DNA of 64,000 nucleotides from Chthoniobacterales bacterium (GTDB taxonomy: Bacteria > Verrucomicrobiota > Verrucomicrobiia > Chthoniobacterales > Chthoniobacteraceae). Below, piece after piece: positions 43,661-53,711 of the stretch. A program made the translations under genes and the position numbers. Each line of letters opens with the position of its first letter. The stretch's first letter is position 1. Where the stretch lies: NCBI GenBank assembly GCA_038207335.1, contig JBBQZX010000021.1, forward strand, positions 40,909 through 104,908, given 5' to 3'. The notes beneath the pieces are model-generated. The model was given only the letters and a program-made list of their open reading frames with translations, did no database searches and was not told where the DNA came from.

Positions 43661-44455
43661 ATGAAAACGATACTGAAACTCGTGCTGCCGATGCTCTCGG
43701 CGATGCTGCTGCTGCCGGCTGCCGCGCTGGCGGAAATCAAGACGGAGACCGTCGAATACAAGGAGGGGGAGACGGCACTGGAGGGCTTCGTGGCGTATGA
43801 CGATGCGGTAAAAGGCGCGCGCCCGGGGGTGCTCGTGGTGCATGACTGGATGGGGCTGAAAGATCACACGAAGGGCGTGTGCGAGGATTTGGCGAAGCTG
43901 GGATACGTGGCGTTCGCGGCGGATATTTATGGGAAAGGCGTGCGCCCGGCGGACCGTGGCGAGGCAGGGAAGCTGGCGGGCAAATACAAGGCGGACCGCG
44001 CGCTGCTGCGCGAACGCGTGAAGGCGGGGCTCGCGCAACTCACCGGCAACAAGCTCGTGGAGCCCGGCAAGGTCGCGGCGATCGGGTTCTGCTTCGGCGG
44101 GACGACGGCGATCGAGCTGGGACGCAGCGGCGCGGACATCGCCGGGGTGGTGACTTTTCACGGCGGGCTCGACTTGCCGACGCCAGCGGATGGGAAGAAT
44201 ATCAAGGCGAAGATGCTGATCCTGCACGGCGCGGACGATCCTTTCGTGAAGCCGGAGGACATCGCGGCTTTCCGTGACGAATTGGACAAGGCCGGAGTCG
44301 ATTGGCAGATGATCTACTACAGCGACGCGGTCCACGCCTTCACCGAGAAATACGTGGGCACCGACAAGGCAAGCGGAGCCGCCTACAACGAGAAAGCCGC
44401 ACGCCGCTCCTGGCAGGCGATGAAGGATTTCTTCGGGGAGATTTTCGGGAAATAA
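43661..44455 (+). CDS. Dienelactone hydrolase family protein (signal peptide)
   Basis: IGFCFGG nucleophile motif, FHGGL, HGADDP, VHAFT. Confidence 0.93.
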   Translation: MKTILKLVLPMLSAMLLLPAAALAEIKTETVEYKEGETALEGFVAYDDAVKGARPGVLVVHDWMGLKDHTKGVCEDLAKLGYVAFAADIYGKGVRPADRGEAGKLAGKYKADRALLRERVKAGLAQLTGNKLVEPGKVAAIGFCFGGTTAIELGRSGADIAGVVTFHGGLDLPTPADGKNIKAKMLILHGADDPFVKPEDIAAFRDELDKAGVDWQMIYYSDAVHAFTEKYVGTDKASGAAYNEKAARRSWQAMKDFFGEIFGK

Positions 44456-44554
44456 AGCGATCTAGCTGGTGAGAAGAGGGCGCGTGGATTGCCTCGCGCC
44501 AAAGTTTCTGAGTGCATGTGTCTCACGCACTCTCCCCGCTGCGACTCTCCAAAC

Positions 44555-45829
44555 ATGAACGCCCGCCTTTTTCTTCTCACGTTCGCAATAGCCTCGATGG
44601 CACTGGCTGCCGACTGGCCGCAATGGCGCGGCCCTGATCGAACGGGTTATGTGTCGGCTGGCGAAGCCGTCCCGACCGCACTCGGAGCGGAGTTGCCGGT
44701 GGTCTGGCATGTGCCGGTTGGGGATGGATTCGCTTCGCCGGTGGTCGCGGGCGGGCGCGTGTTTTATCTCGATCAAAAGGATGGAAATGAAATCGCGCAT
44801 GCCGCGGACGCCGCGACGGGAAAAGAACTGTGGCACGCGATGCTTTTCTCAGCGCATCGCGATGGATTTGGCATCGGTCCACGCTGCACTCCTGTGGCGG
44901 ACTCAGCGGAGGGGCGCGTCTATTTTCAATCGGCCAAGGGCGAGTTGCAGTGTCTTGCCGCGAGCGATGGAAAGCAGATATGGCGGGTGAATTACGTCAC
45001 GGATCTCGGGGCGATCTACATCGGAGAAAAAGGAAAAGCGGCGGGCGCGAGTCGGCACGGAGCGGCAGGCTCGCCGATTATCGATGGGGAAAACCTGATC
45101 GCACAGGTGGGCAGCGCAAGTGGCGCGAGCATCGTGGCTTTCGATAAAAAGACAGGCGCGGTGGTCTGGAAATCGCAGAGCGACCAGACGGCATATGCGG
45201 CACCCCTCATCTCGGAAGTTGCCGGCGTGCGGCAGTTTATTTCATTCACCGCGGAGGCGCTCCTCGGGCTCGATCCGCGCGACGGAAGGCTGCTGTGGCG
45301 GCGTCCGCTCCAGACCGCGCTCGGGCGGCATGTGACGACTCCGGTGGTCGTCGGTGATCTCGTGATCGTGGCGTCGCACCAGATCGGGCTCGTGGCGACG
45401 CGCATCGCACGGGGAGGTGAGGGGCTCGTCGCGAGCGAAGCGTGGGTGAACAAAAACGCGGCGATGAATTTCACGAGTCCGGTGATCGTGGACGGTTTTC
45501 TCTACGGCATCGGTCCCGCGAAAAATCTCGTCTGTGTGAACTGCAACACTGGCGAGATCGCATGGGAGAAGACCGGGCTGATTCAGACCAGCGGAGACAA
45601 AGCGGAGGCGGGTTTTCTCGTGATGGGGAAAAACATCGGGATGCTGACGGACACCGGAGTCTTCGTGCTCTTCGACGCCGATCCTCATGGATACAAGGAA
45701 AGCGGGCAGGCGCAGGTGTGCGGATTGACTTGGTGCAATCCGGCTTACGCTGCTGGGAAGCTGTATTTGCGCGATCAGCGCGAGTTGCGTTGCGTGAGTT
45801 TGCTGCCTGGCGCCGCGAACACTCATTGA
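44555..45829 (+). CDS. PQQ-like beta-propeller repeat protein
   Basis: DWPQWRGPDR, GPRCTP, AYAAP, TWCNPAYAAGKLYLR. Confidence 0.9.
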   Translation: MNARLFLLTFAIASMALAADWPQWRGPDRTGYVSAGEAVPTALGAELPVVWHVPVGDGFASPVVAGGRVFYLDQKDGNEIAHAADAATGKELWHAMLFSAHRDGFGIGPRCTPVADSAEGRVYFQSAKGELQCLAASDGKQIWRVNYVTDLGAIYIGEKGKAAGASRHGAAGSPIIDGENLIAQVGSASGASIVAFDKKTGAVVWKSQSDQTAYAAPLISEVAGVRQFISFTAEALLGLDPRDGRLLWRRPLQTALGRHVTTPVVVGDLVIVASHQIGLVATRIARGGEGLVASEAWVNKNAAMNFTSPVIVDGFLYGIGPAKNLVCVNCNTGEIAWEKTGLIQTSGDKAEAGFLVMGKNIGMLTDTGVFVLFDADPHGYKESGQAQVCGLTWCNPAYAAGKLYLRDQRELRCVSLLPGAANTH

Positions 45830-45838
45830 ATTTCTACA

Positions 45839-46735
45839 ATGCCGCTCGCCGCTTTTCCAAAGTGCTATCTCGACGATCTCGTCGTGCACAAGACGATGTC
45901 TGTCGAGCAGTGGATCGAGCGGGCGGCGGCGGAGCTGGATGTGGACGGGCTGGAGTTTTATTGGGGCTTCACGCCGGCGGAGGATGGCGCGGAGATGGAC
46001 CGGCTGCGCGCGCTGGCTGAGGCGCGCGGGCTGGCGATTCCGATGATGTGTTATTCGCCGGATTTCACGCAGCCGGATGCGGCGACTCGTGCGCGCGAGG
46101 TTGCGCAGGAGCAGCGCGCGATCGAAGCGACGGCGCGACTTGGAGGAAAATTCTGCCGCGTGTTGAGCGGGCAGCGGCGGCCGGAAATCTCGATCGCCGA
46201 TGGCGTGAAAATGGCCGCGGATTGCATCTCGGCGTGCCTGCCAAAGGCGGAGGAGTGCGGAGTCACGCTCATCCTGGAGAATCACTACAAAGACGGTTAC
46301 TGGGAGTTCCCCGAGTTTGCGCAGAAGCGTGAAGTTTTCCGCCAACTCCTCGACGCGATCCCGCGGAGCCCGTGGTTCGGTGTGAATTACGATCCGTCGA
46401 ACGCCGTGATCGCCGGCGAAGACCCGCTCGTGCTGCTGGACGCGGTGAAAGATCGCGTCGTGACGATGCACGCGAGTGACCGTTTTTTCGAGGGCGGCGA
46501 CGCCCACGACCTGCACCGCCTCGGCGCGCACAAAGGCTACGCGTCGATCCTGCGCCACGGCGTGATCGGGCGTGGCCTGAACGACTACGACGCTATTTTC
46601 TCCACGCTCAAATCGGCCGGATTCCAAGGCTGGATCAGCATCGAGGACGGCGACGATCCCGCCGTCGGGATGGAGCATCTCCGGCTCTCCGCCGAGTTTT
46701 TGCGCAAGAAAATGGCGCAGCACGGATTGCCCTGA
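45839..46735 (+). CDS. Sugar phosphate isomerase/epimerase (TIM barrel)
   Basis: LENHYKD, NYDPSN, MHASDR, GWISIED. Confidence 0.88.
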   Translation: MPLAAFPKCYLDDLVVHKTMSVEQWIERAAAELDVDGLEFYWGFTPAEDGAEMDRLRALAEARGLAIPMMCYSPDFTQPDAATRAREVAQEQRAIEATARLGGKFCRVLSGQRRPEISIADGVKMAADCISACLPKAEECGVTLILENHYKDGYWEFPEFAQKREVFRQLLDAIPRSPWFGVNYDPSNAVIAGEDPLVLLDAVKDRVVTMHASDRFFEGGDAHDLHRLGAHKGYASILRHGVIGRGLNDYDAIFSTLKSAGFQGWISIEDGDDPAVGMEHLRLSAEFLRKKMAQHGLP

Positions 46736-46765
46736 AAGCCCGCGAAACCTTCACCCAGACCCACC

Positions 46766-47800
46766 ATGATCGGCCTCGTCAATTACTCCTCCGAACCGCA
46801 CTCCGTCGAACTCCGCGACCTTCCCAAGCCCGAGATCGGCGAGGACGACGTGCTGCTCTCCGTCGAGGCGGTGGGCGTGTGCGGCAGCGACCTGCACCAG
46901 TATTCCGGCAAGCAGAGCTGGAAGGTGAATTACCCAGTCGTGCTCGGGCATGAATTCGGCGGCGTGATCGCGCAGACGGGCAAGCGCGTGCGGAATTTCC
47001 GCGAGGGCGACCGCGTCGTGAGCGAGACGGCAGCGGTGCTCGACCTCGATTCACCGTTCACGCGCGCCGGGCAATACAATCTCGACCCAAATCGCCTCGG
47101 CTTCGGATACGGCGTGAATGGCGCGATGACGAAATTCGTGCGCGTCCCCGAGCGCTGCCTTCATCGCGTGCCGGATGGCCTCGCTTTTGAAAAAGCCGCG
47201 CTCACCGAGCCCTGCTGCGTGGCCTACAACGCGGTCTGCATGAACGCCCACATCCGCCCCGGCGACAGCGTCGTGATCATCGGTCCCGGCCCGATCGGCC
47301 TGCTCTGCGCGCTCATGGCGCGGCTCTCCGGCGCGTCGCCGCTCATCGTGGTCGGAGTGAAGGCGGACGCCAAACGGCTGGCGGTCGCGCGCGAAATCGG
47401 GGCCACACACACGTTCGGCGAGAAGGGTGAAAATGTGAGCGAAGCCGTGCGCGCGCTCGGCGATGGACACGGCGCGGATGTGGTGATCGACGCCGCTGGA
47501 GTCAGCGCGACATTGAAGCTCGCGCTCGATCTCGTGCGCCCTGGCGGGCAGGTGAGCAAAGTCGGCTGGGGTCGCGAGCCGCTCGATTTTTCGCTCGATC
47601 CGCTCGTGGGAAAAGGGATCACGCTGCGCGGCAGTTTTTCGCACAACTGGCCGATGTGGGAAAAAGTGCTCGGGATGCTCGCGAGCGGGCAGATTGACCT
47701 CGATCGCATCCTGAACCGCGTCGCGCCGCTCGAAGAATGGAAGAGCTGTTTCGACGAAATGCACTCCGGCGACCTTGTGAAAGCCGTGCTGAAACCGTGA
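46766..47800 (+). CDS. Zinc-binding alcohol/polyol dehydrogenase
   Basis: GVCGSDLH, LGHEFGG, TEPCCVA, GPGPIGL. Confidence 0.93.
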   Translation: MIGLVNYSSEPHSVELRDLPKPEIGEDDVLLSVEAVGVCGSDLHQYSGKQSWKVNYPVVLGHEFGGVIAQTGKRVRNFREGDRVVSETAAVLDLDSPFTRAGQYNLDPNRLGFGYGVNGAMTKFVRVPERCLHRVPDGLAFEKAALTEPCCVAYNAVCMNAHIRPGDSVVIIGPGPIGLLCALMARLSGASPLIVVGVKADAKRLAVAREIGATHTFGEKGENVSEAVRALGDGHGADVVIDAAGVSATLKLALDLVRPGGQVSKVGWGREPLDFSLDPLVGKGITLRGSFSHNWPMWEKVLGMLASGQIDLDRILNRVAPLEEWKSCFDEMHSGDLVKAVLKP

Positions 47801-48603
47801 CGCGCCCACTGACCGGAAAAGTCGCTCTAGTGACTGGCTCGGCCTCCGGCATCGGCGAGGCGATCGCGCGGCGGCTCGCCGCCGATGGCGCGAATGTCGT
47901 CGTCCATGGGCAGCTCGCGCAGCAGGCTGCGGCGGAAAAGGTCGCCGGTGAGATTCGTGACGCGCACGGCGTCGAGGCCGAGGTGCGGCTCGCGCAGCTC
48001 GATGAGCCGGCATCATGCGCGGCGCTCGTCGAGGCGACGGTCGCGTGTTTTGGAAAGATCGACCTGCTCGTGAACAACGCGGGCATCTCGCCGCGCACCG
48101 ATCTCGAAGGCACCGACTCCGCGTTTTTCGACCGCGTCATCGCAATCAATCTCCGCGCGCCGCTGCTGCTCATCCGCGCTGCGGTTCCGCATTTCAAAAA
48201 GGAGGGCGGCGGACGCATTTTGAACATCGGCTCGATCAACGCCTACTGCGGCGAAGCCTGTCTGCTGGCTTATTCGATGAGCAAAGGCGGCCTCACGACC
48301 ATGACGCGCAACCTCGCCGACGCGCTCGGCCGCGACGGCATCCGCGTGAATCAAATCAACCCCGGCTGGGTGCTCACCGACAACGAATACGCGACCAAGG
48401 TGGCTGAAGGCCTGGCAGCCGACTGGCCGCAAAATATCCCCCGCGAGCACGCCCCCGGCGGTCGCATTTTCACTCCCGCCGAGATCGCGGATTTCGCGGC
48501 GCTTTTCCTCAGCGACACTGCCGAGCTCATGAGCGGCTCGATCATCGACATCGAGCAATTCCCCCTCGTCGGGCGAAACCCGGTGAAGGCGCAGGGGTTC
48601 TAA
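47797..48603 (+). CDS. SDR family oxidoreductase
   Basis: TGSASGIG, LVNNAG, YSMSK; GTGA overlap with the upstream stop. Confidence 0.93.
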   Translation: MTRPLTGKVALVTGSASGIGEAIARRLAADGANVVVHGQLAQQAAAEKVAGEIRDAHGVEAEVRLAQLDEPASCAALVEATVACFGKIDLLVNNAGISPRTDLEGTDSAFFDRVIAINLRAPLLLIRAAVPHFKKEGGGRILNIGSINAYCGEACLLAYSMSKGGLTTMTRNLADALGRDGIRVNQINPGWVLTDNEYATKVAEGLAADWPQNIPREHAPGGRIFTPAEIADFAALFLSDTAELMSGSIIDIEQFPLVGRNPVKAQGF

Positions 48604-48621
48604 ATCCCGAGCGCGCGCGGC

Positions 48622-49299
48622 CTACTTCGTCGTCGGGAAATTGAACGCCGGGGTCGGTGCTTCCTTGTAGTCGCCGGGGATCGTGAAGAGCGCGGGATCG
48701 ACGTTTTCCTCAGTCACCGTGACGAGCGTCGTCGTCACCTTTTGCCCGGCGATCGTGAGCTCGGTTTTCACTGGCATACCGGGGAAGTCGGACGGCTTCG
48801 GAGTCATCGAACGCGCGAGCTGGGCGAGTCCGGCGTTCTGGATTTTCTCCATCGCCGCGAGAATGTCGGGATACTTGGGGTAGCCCTTCGCGATCCAGTA
48901 GGTCGCGCTCACGCCCTCCGCGTCCCACTTGAAAATCTCGCAGTCGTAGGCTCCGACCTTCTCCTTCTTTCCGGTCGGCACGAGCATCGGCGCGGGGGCG
49001 GCGGCAGCGCCCGGGGCCTGTTTCTTTTGCATCTGCTCCATGAGGGCGCGCGTCCGGTCGGCCGGGATTTTCATGAAGGTCTTCTGCGAGTGCATGAGCG
49101 TGACCACGTCGCCGGTCGCGCCATCCGTGATCGTGCTCAGCGGCGGCGCGATGTCCGCGCGAGACTTGTCGCCCTTGATCTTCACCACCATCGTCCCCGT
49201 CTGCATGGCCCCCTCGACCTGCTGCGTGATGACGAAGTCCGCCCGCACGAAGCTCAGAAAGCCGAACAAGGTGACCGCGGCGAGGAAGCCAGTTTTCAT
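48622..49299 (-). CDS. DUF4412-like secreted protein
   Basis: Signal peptide; TGKKEKVGAYDC, YWIA, GMPVKT, LFTIPGDY. Confidence 0.8.
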   Translation of the reverse strand: MKTGFLAAVTLFGFLSFVRADFVITQQVEGAMQTGTMVVKIKGDKSRADIAPPLSTITDGATGDVVTLMHSQKTFMKIPADRTRALMEQMQKKQAPGAAAAPAPMLVPTGKKEKVGAYDCEIFKWDAEGVSATYWIAKGYPKYPDILAAMEKIQNAGLAQLARSMTPKPSDFPGMPVKTELTIAGQKVTTTLVTVTEENVDPALFTIPGDYKEAPTPAFNFPTTK

Positions 49300-49350
49300 A
49301 CGCAGGAACCTGTGCGAGACATCGCGGCAGCGAAAGCGGAAACCGGCCGA

Positions 49351-50331
49351 TCAGCGCGTCACCCGGGCTGGGACAGGAGCGGGGCCTACCTCCCTGTCGG
49401 GCCGGGCGTATTTCATCTGCACGAAAGGATTGTTGTTGCCCCACTTCGACCACGGACCTGTCGGTATGTCGCGGAACTCGACAAATCGCCACTCCGTCAC
49501 ATCGACGTCTGCGAGTCCGAGGAAATCGCGAACCGCTGGCGAGACGCTCAACCCCGCACCTTTGATCGCGTTTGCCTTCGGGCGCTCGGAGCCGAAGACA
49601 TATTGAAAGTGATCGGTGCGAGCCGGTCCGCAGTCGCTCCACTGCGCGTAGCAGCTTTTACCGTGTCCATTGCGGACCTCGACCCAGCGATCTTGACAGA
49701 CGCTCTCCCCCTCGCGCTCGAAGGTCTGGCTGAACCACGGGATCACCACCCGCGCCTCCGGTTTCGTCGTGCCGCCCGTCACGTCGTTGTATGGCAGCGC
49801 GATGTAAAACGGATTTTGCTGGGGTTGAAATTTGACCGAGATGGAGTTCCGCCGCGCGGTCGGGTCTGGATCATCGTAGCCTCCGAAATCCATCTCCCAA
49901 TTCGGATTCCACGCGCTCGCCTGACGCGCGGCCTTTCCTTTTCCGGGCAGCTTTTCGCCGATGGCGAAGACGTTCGTCACGATGGCCTTCCTCCACGGAT
50001 ACCGACCGGCCGACGGCGGACGTGCATCGATTGGACGGAGGACCGTAGGCTCCAGATGCAGCAAAGCCTCTTCGCGCAACTTCGCTGCGTTGCTGGCGAA
50101 ATCCTCGCTGCTGCGAAAAGGCGTAGTCTGTCGGTCGCGGCGCTGGTCGGACGCTGTTGAGGCAGGCGTCGATGTTTTGGGAAGATCGGCGCTTTTTGGA
50201 GTCGCGAGCTCACGCTTGGCTTCTTCGGCTCCCGGACGAGGAGCTTTTTGGCAACCAGCGAACGCCGCGAGCATTGCGCAAACCGCGGCGGCGACGGCCC
50301 TCTGTTTGCGGAAATGCTTCTTCATCTTCAC
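49351..50331 (-). CDS. Hypothetical lipoprotein
   Basis: Lipobox FAGC; conserved-looking core QNPFYIALPYND, CYAQWSDCGP, AGLSVSPAVRD. Confidence 0.8.
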   Translation of the reverse strand: MKMKKHFRKQRAVAAAVCAMLAAFAGCQKAPRPGAEEAKRELATPKSADLPKTSTPASTASDQRRDRQTTPFRSSEDFASNAAKLREEALLHLEPTVLRPIDARPPSAGRYPWRKAIVTNVFAIGEKLPGKGKAARQASAWNPNWEMDFGGYDDPDPTARRNSISVKFQPQQNPFYIALPYNDVTGGTTKPEARVVIPWFSQTFEREGESVCQDRWVEVRNGHGKSCYAQWSDCGPARTDHFQYVFGSERPKANAIKGAGLSVSPAVRDFLGLADVDVTEWRFVEFRDIPTGPWSKWGNNNPFVQMKYARPDREVGPAPVPARVTR

Positions 50332-50349
50332 GGCTTCCGCCGAGACGGT

Positions 50350-51495
50350 CTAGGCCACTTTCGCGTGGGTGTTGGCGAGGTCGCGGGCGGGGTCGATGTG
50401 CCAGCGGGTGGCGGCTTGGGCGAGGTCGGAGGTGACGGGCCAGCGGTCGGCGAGGGGGTCGCCGGTGTTGATGGGGTTGGCGCCTTTGAGGTCCATGCAG
50501 CCGGTGTTGTCTCCGATGCGGCGGAGCTCTTCCATCTCGTCGGCGGTGAAGGTGATCTCGGGGAGATTCGCGAGGTCGCTGATCTTGTCCTCGATCGCTT
50601 TTGCGCCGGGGCTGGACTCTTGGATCATGGTGGGGATGACGCTGCGGACGGCGGGGTGCGAGAGATTCCAGATGCAGGAGAGCTGGAGCGGCGAGAGGCC
50701 GTGGCGCTCGGCGATGGGGAGCATCCGGTCGAGCTTGGCGCTGCCGACATCGACCCAGCCGGCGGGGCGAAAGGTGCGGTGATCGTATTTGGGGAATTCG
50801 TGCCCGGGCTTCACGTCGCCGTGGAAGAGGCCGCCGTAATCGACGACGCGCGTGATGATCTTGATGTCGTGCTTTTCCGCCGCGGGCAGGCAGAGGGAGC
50901 CGGGCCAGGGCTCGAGTGGATTGAGGATGATCATGGACCAGTCGAGCAGCGCGCCGAAGCGCTCGAAGCTGAGGATGACATCGAGAGTGAAGCCATTGGC
51001 CGGCCCCGGCGCGATGCCGATTTGCTCGCAGAGCCCCTCCTCGCGCATCCGGTCCATCGCGGTCCAGACGGCGTCGCTGGTGAAGCCGGTGCTGTCGGGA
51101 TTGTGCAGCATGAGGCAGTCGAAGTGGTCGGTCTTGCAGCGCTCGAGCGACTTCTCGGTGGCCATGCGGATGTAGTCGAGAAAGTCGCGCGGCTGGCGGA
51201 GGCGGGAGTCGGTGAAGCGCGGGTAGCCTTTGGAGCCTTCGCGTTCGCCGTTGTAAAAGTCGTGGCCGATCATGCCGACGATGGCGTAGGTGTCGCGCGG
51301 GAGGCCGGCGAGGGCGCGGGCGAGCATTTCGTCGGCGGCGCCGTTGCCATAGACATCGGCGGTCATGAAGGTGCGAATGCCGGAGTCGTAGGCGTGGCGG
51401 ATGACGGCGAGGAAGCGCTCGTCGTCGAGCGGTTCGCCAAAGTGCATGAAGCGTCCGCCGCTCCAAGTGCCGTATGCAGTGCGTGTGAGGTCCAT
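50350..51495 (-). CDS. Aldo/keto reductase
   Basis: TADVYGNG, SLERCKTDHFDCLMLHNPD. Confidence 0.88.
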   Translation of the reverse strand: MDLTRTAYGTWSGGRFMHFGEPLDDERFLAVIRHAYDSGIRTFMTADVYGNGAADEMLARALAGLPRDTYAIVGMIGHDFYNGEREGSKGYPRFTDSRLRQPRDFLDYIRMATEKSLERCKTDHFDCLMLHNPDSTGFTSDAVWTAMDRMREEGLCEQIGIAPGPANGFTLDVILSFERFGALLDWSMIILNPLEPWPGSLCLPAAEKHDIKIITRVVDYGGLFHGDVKPGHEFPKYDHRTFRPAGWVDVGSAKLDRMLPIAERHGLSPLQLSCIWNLSHPAVRSVIPTMIQESSPGAKAIEDKISDLANLPEITFTADEMEELRRIGDNTGCMDLKGANPINTGDPLADRWPVTSDLAQAATRWHIDPARDLANTHAKVA

Positions 51496-51563
51496 AAAAA
51501 GAGGGCGGAATTTACGGGCGCGCGCGCCGCGAGGGAATGCGGATTTTACGAAATGCCGAGCGC

Positions 51564-53711
51564 CTATTGAGTGGGCGGTTGCTCGGGATTGGGCGGGAAC
51601 CAGCGGATCGCGATGGCGGCTCTTCCGAGTTCGGTGTTTGCGCAGCGGCTTTCGATCGCGTTGTAAAAGCGCTCCGCGGAGTCGTGGTAGCGATCTTTCA
51701 GCCAGCGGCCAGCCGTGTTCAAAACGATCGCCGTTTCTTCGCTGTTGTCGGGCATCAGCTTCGCGGCACGCCATGCGATGTCGGCGGCGATGAAGCGGTA
51801 ATGGAAGCGTTCGTTCGGCTCGACAGGAGTGGCTTTCAATCGCGCGCGCTCCGAAGTCGTGAGCGGGACGACGAGCGGACGCACGGTGATCCGCTTGGTG
51901 TATCCGTCTGGGACATTCACCCATTTATGCTCGGTCCATTTGCCCGCAAGTCGCTCGGTTCTGATATTAGCGACTTCATAATTCCCGTCCCAGATGAAGC
52001 CGTCCGGCTCCACTTCGGTGCCGAGCAATTCCATTCCATCGGAACGCGCAATTTGCGCTGCCGCCCACAGCGCAGCAGCCCGCTTGGAGCGTGGCAATTT
52101 CGCGTCCTGCCCGCGCTTCAGACCGGCGGTGTATTCGTCGAGTTTCAAGCGGAGCGGCGCGGGGAAAAAGGGCCGCGCCTCTGCAAAGCGCCCGAGCCTT
52201 GCAAGCCGCCGGGCAAGCAACCACCGAACTTTCAAGGTGCCTCGGATTTCTCCCGGCATGAAGAATTGCCCGGAGCCCGCGACGCAGCGCTCCAACCATT
52301 CCGCATGCGTCTCTTTCGGTTGATTAGAGCCCTCGCGGACTTCGTCGCGCGCGACTTTAGCGTCCTGCTCCGCGCTCCAGGGATAGGTTTTGCGGACGAT
52401 CGCGAGCAGTTCGCCAGTCGTCAGGACGCGCTCCGCGAGAAAGGCAGCGTCCTGCCAGACCCCGCCTTTCGCGAGCGTGAGAAAGGCCGCGGAAAATTCG
52501 TTTCGCGCGAGTTGCATCAGCCCGAGATCCGCCGTCGCGCTCTCGATTGGCATGGTTTCCCACGGTTCGGCGTCGCGCTGATCGAGTCCGTGAATCTGCG
52601 GAATTTGCGGAAGCGCTTTTGCCATCGCCGCCGTCGCATCAGCGAGTTTTCCGGCGCGAAAATCGAGCTTCGACTTGAGCCAAAGAGCGAGGCCGGAATT
52701 TGGGTCGGCGCGTTTCAGCCAGCGTTCGGCTTCGTCAAAATGGCCCGCCGTGTAAGCGGTCCAGCCGAGTCGCGCCGCGTCGCCGATGTTGGCTTGGTCC
52801 GAATTTTCCATCGCTGCCAGCCAGGCGGTTGACAAATCTCCGGGACCGTTCTCGCCTGCCTCACCGAGTGAAGATGTGACCATTCGCGAGAGGATGAATC
52901 GTGTGGCGACTGGCTCCAAAACAGCGTTTGCAGCGATTTTTTGAAGATCGGTGTCTGTGGTGACCAGTTGTTTTGCGACGCTCAAGAGCGAGTCCACGGC
53001 GGTGCGGTCGCCGGTGGCGAGTTGCTCGAGGTAGAGGCGGGCGGCGGGCTCGAGGGCGTTGTCGTTGAGTTCGGCGCGGGCCTCCCAGCCGAGGCTCGCG
53101 GCGGCGAGGCCGAGGGTGTCGGCAAAGCCCGCCTTTGCCTGCTCACGGACGGTGGTAAACCACTTTTTGGCGTCGGGACTTTTTTCCGCCAGGTCCAGCT
53201 TTCCGAGCATGAATGCCGCCCAGGTCGAGCGGTAGTGGCGCTGCGCTGCGGGGAGGGCGAGGAGTTCGGTCCACGCGGTGCGGGCGGCGGGCTTGTCGCC
53301 GCTGTGGAAGGCGCGTGCGCCGCGGTGGTAGATCGCGAATTCACTCGGGAATTCCTCCCCAGCGGCGGGTCCCCCGATGGCTTGCCTCGCCGCGAGATGC
53401 TGTGCTGTGGCTGCTTCCGCGTCGGGTGGGGCGATTGCGCGGGCCGCGAGCGCGTCGGCAAAATCGGCGGTATCGGCGTCCGCGCTTTCTTGCGATGGTG
53501 CGTCGTCTTTGCTCTGGGCAGGCTTCGCTTTGAATGGCCCGGCGAACGATTTCGCGAGGTCTTTCATCTCGATTTCAAAGTAGAACTCCGGTGCTGCGAG
53601 TACGGCCGAGCCGCCATTTTCCAAGTAACGATTTGGCAGCCACGGGCCACATGCGTGCGCGGTGGCGAGGAGCGCGAAAAGCGCGCCGCTAGTGAGGGTG
53701 AGTCGTGACAT
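51564..53711 (-). CDS. Secreted TPR-like alpha-helical protein (partner of DUF3142)
   Basis: Signal peptide ending AHA-CGP; helical repeats; C-terminal RFHYRFIAADIAWRAA...LNTAGRW; overlaps the upstream gene. Confidence 0.8.
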   Translation of the reverse strand: MSRLTLTSGALFALLATAHACGPWLPNRYLENGGSAVLAAPEFYFEIEMKDLAKSFAGPFKAKPAQSKDDAPSQESADADTADFADALAARAIAPPDAEAATAQHLAARQAIGGPAAGEEFPSEFAIYHRGARAFHSGDKPAARTAWTELLALPAAQRHYRSTWAAFMLGKLDLAEKSPDAKKWFTTVREQAKAGFADTLGLAAASLGWEARAELNDNALEPAARLYLEQLATGDRTAVDSLLSVAKQLVTTDTDLQKIAANAVLEPVATRFILSRMVTSSLGEAGENGPGDLSTAWLAAMENSDQANIGDAARLGWTAYTAGHFDEAERWLKRADPNSGLALWLKSKLDFRAGKLADATAAMAKALPQIPQIHGLDQRDAEPWETMPIESATADLGLMQLARNEFSAAFLTLAKGGVWQDAAFLAERVLTTGELLAIVRKTYPWSAEQDAKVARDEVREGSNQPKETHAEWLERCVAGSGQFFMPGEIRGTLKVRWLLARRLARLGRFAEARPFFPAPLRLKLDEYTAGLKRGQDAKLPRSKRAAALWAAAQIARSDGMELLGTEVEPDGFIWDGNYEVANIRTERLAGKWTEHKWVNVPDGYTKRITVRPLVVPLTTSERARLKATPVEPNERFHYRFIAADIAWRAAKLMPDNSEETAIVLNTAGRWLKDRYHDSAERFYNAIESRCANTELGRAAIAIRWFPPNPEQPPTQ

